From Clostridia bacterium (GTDB lineage: Bacteria; Bacillota; Clostridia; Christensenellales; CAG-138), in contig JAUNJX010000002.1 of the NCBI GenBank assembly GCA_030533005.1, positions 6,429 to 70,428 of the forward strand: DNA of 64,000 nucleotides, in the 5' to 3' direction. The notes below the pieces were generated by a model. It was not told the DNA's origin, did no database searches, and saw nothing but the letters and a program-made list of their open reading frames with translations. The position numbers and the translations under genes are program-made. Of the stretch, positions 62,322-64,000 are shown in pieces; positions within the stretch are counted from its first letter, which is position 1, and each line of letters opens with the position of its first letter.

Positions 62322-64000
62322 ATGACATCGGGAAAAAAACTGACCGCGATCCTTTTAGCCGCACTCATGCTTTTGGGCATGCCCGCCGTATGGCCCGGCT
62401 TTGAAAGCAAAGCGGAGGCTGTTAGTTGGAGTGTGCCGGCGGGGATTACATCGATCGGCCCATTGCATCCTAAAGTGAAAATGTACGGTGCGGTAACGGC
62501 GGCAGACGGGACAAAAACCTATTATGAAGTCTATACCGGTAATGCCGCAAGCCAGAGCGAGCTGTTTTACACCGTCATGCTGGAAATGCCGTCCGCCGCG
62601 CAGCTCAATGTCGCATATAGCGGCGCGAGATATAACGTTGGCGACGAGATCAGGGTGAGGCTTTCCTTTACCGGCTTTGCGGATCGAAGCTGGAAAAGCT
62701 ATTATGCAAAGGTCGGCGCGGCGGCAAAGAAGCTTTGGTTTAACGGCAGCGCCTTTGTAGAAGGAACCGAAGCGGATTGGCAAAAATACCTGCAGCCGAT
62801 CGCGCGCAGGGACGACACGACGCCCACGGTAAGCGCGAACGTGTATGCTGCCGGCAGGCTCAGCGATATAAAAATCTTCGGCTGTTATGGCGTGGAGCTG
62901 GTCAAGGTAGCCACCTCCGACGGCTTTGTGCGCAGCATGAAGTTTTCCGGCGACTGCGCCAAGAATTCGATATACTTCACGCTGGATGATGACTGGACGG
63001 TGCAGGATCTTTATGTTTATGATGGCTGCGGAGGCGCGGCAAATTATGTGGACGAAAACGGCAACCCTCAGCCGTTTCAAATGCTTGCAGCGGATAAGGT
63101 AAGCTGCGATACAAACGAAGGAAGCTATCTCAACAGCATGAATTATATCATGCGGCAGCTTGGCATCAGCTTTGGACAAATCAAAAACGGGCAAGTTATA
63201 CTAACGGACGAATACTTTATTCACCGATATACAGCAGGAAAACAAGGCGCGGTGCTTTCAGATGCTTTCATTGACAACTGTTATCGCGTCAACAGACAAA
63301 AATATACCACAAGAGTGAGTCCATCTAGTAGCTATATTGATCTAAGCGGCTACTTGTTTCACGGCGCGCGCGGCAGGCACTCAGCCTACATCACGACAGA
63401 CGCAATGGGGAGAACGACCGATATATATACTCTGGATGCAAATGACAGCAAGACGACAGTTACACCGCCCATCAAAGAAGGTATGATTGCGCAACGGATT
63501 ACTGCCAAGCTGTATGGCTGGCAGCCGTCCGGCACGGATGGGGAGGGAAAGCTCGTATACGCGCTTACAGAGCTTCCGATCAACGCAAAGGTCGGCGCCA
63601 CATTTAAAACGTGGAACAATACGAACGAGAAAAGCGGCTTTGCCGCATGGTGCGCCTCCAAAGGACAGGCTGTGGCGGACGATTGGAACTGCCTCTATGT
63701 TCAAGACAGCGCGGGCAGCTATGCAAAGGCCACGGAGGCGGACGCGGGCATACAGGATCTTCGATCCCTTGTAAAATACGCGAATCGAGCCATCAGCGAC
63801 ACGGATACGCCCGCGGTCAAGACGGATAGGAGCATATTGGATAAAGACGGCAAGACGTTTTACCAATATGCGGGGAACACGGACGCGTTCTATTATGGAA
63901 ACATATACCATGCGGAGGAAAGCTACAAGATACCGGAGCTTCACCGCATGACGTCCGCGGACACCGTGGAAAACGACTGGCAGGAAGGGGATTACCTTAA
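62322..64000 (+). CDS. large secreted hypothetical protein (N-terminal 559 codons; continues beyond the window)
   Basis: Not in the ORF track because it has no stop in the window. The frame is open from ATG 62322 to 64000. Signal peptide MTSGKKLTAILLAALMLLGMPAVWPGFESKAEA. The two long minus-strand track ORFs here are its antisense shadows. Confidence 0.7.
   Translation, partial: MTSGKKLTAILLAALMLLGMPAVWPGFESKAEAVSWSVPAGITSIGPLHPKVKMYGAVTAADGTKTYYEVYTGNAASQSELFYTVMLEMPSAAQLNVAYSGARYNVGDEIRVRLSFTGFADRSWKSYYAKVGAAAKKLWFNGSAFVEGTEADWQKYLQPIARRDDTTPTVSANVYAAGRLSDIKIFGCYGVELVKVATSDGFVRSMKFSGDCAKNSIYFTLDDDWTVQDLYVYDGCGGAANYVDENGNPQPFQMLAADKVSCDTNEGSYLNSMNYIMRQLGISFGQIKNGQVILTDEYFIHRYTAGKQGAVLSDAFIDNCYRVNRQKYTTRVSPSSSYIDLSGYLFHGARGRHSAYITTDAMGRTTDIYTLDANDSKTTVTPPIKEGMIAQRITAKLYGWQPSGTDGEGKLVYALTELPINAKVGATFKTWNNTNEKSGFAAWCASKGQAVADDWNCLYVQDSAGSYAKATEADAGIQDLRSLVKYANRAISDTDTPAVKTDRSILDKDGKTFYQYAGNTDAFYYGNIYHAEESYKIPELHRMTSADTVENDWQEGDYL

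Noticed and set aside
62355-63944. Minus-strand ORFs 62355-63194 and 63381-63944
   Set aside because: The plus strand is open for 1.68 kb from an ATG with a signal peptide and a plausible RBS. The minus-strand products lack both and are interrupted.

Overview
This is a 64-kb, high-GC (roughly 60% by eye) chromosome segment of the spore-forming Clostridia type. It opens with the origin-proximal block rpmH-rnpA-yidD-yidC-jag-mnmE-mnmG-rsmG-noc. About 17 kb then separate noc from parS-parA-parB: the glycine-cleavage operon gcvT-gcvH-gcvPA-gcvPB, a secreted SH3b/sortase-fold gene cluster, cysS, a DUF815-type ATPase, murG, an RNA methyltransferase and a small AT-richer remnant with an RHH gene. 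Downstream lie an NTPase-YqeC fusion and YqeB, pepV, a YitT protein, uppP, two CNNM transporters, a lysine-riboswitch-controlled NhaC transporter and a sharply AT-rich MBOAT+SGNH two-gene island. These are followed by a short alaS, amino-acid ABC transporter genes, cysK, mscS, a DUF1846 protein, an ECF sigma factor with a VanY-domain membrane partner, ypeB-sleB-spoIIR, ispE and murC. The window ends with the first 1.7 kb of a large secreted-protein gene that runs off the edge. No rRNA, tRNA, CRISPR array, transposase or integrase was recognised. The most unusual content is non-coding. (i) A polycysteine (CFCCCC), apparently leaderless mini-ORF plus terminator sits in front of cysK. (ii) A pervasive family of mosaic hairpin-array repeats fills at least 11 intergenic regions and shows compensatory stem changes. 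(iii) A 125-155 bp MITE-like element has AATGAGTAA terminal inverted repeats that supply the last codons and/or stop codon of four convergent genes. (iv) A recurrent ACATCTTGTGG motif lies next to parS sites. All calls come from reading the sequence and the ORF track; no database search or folding program was available.
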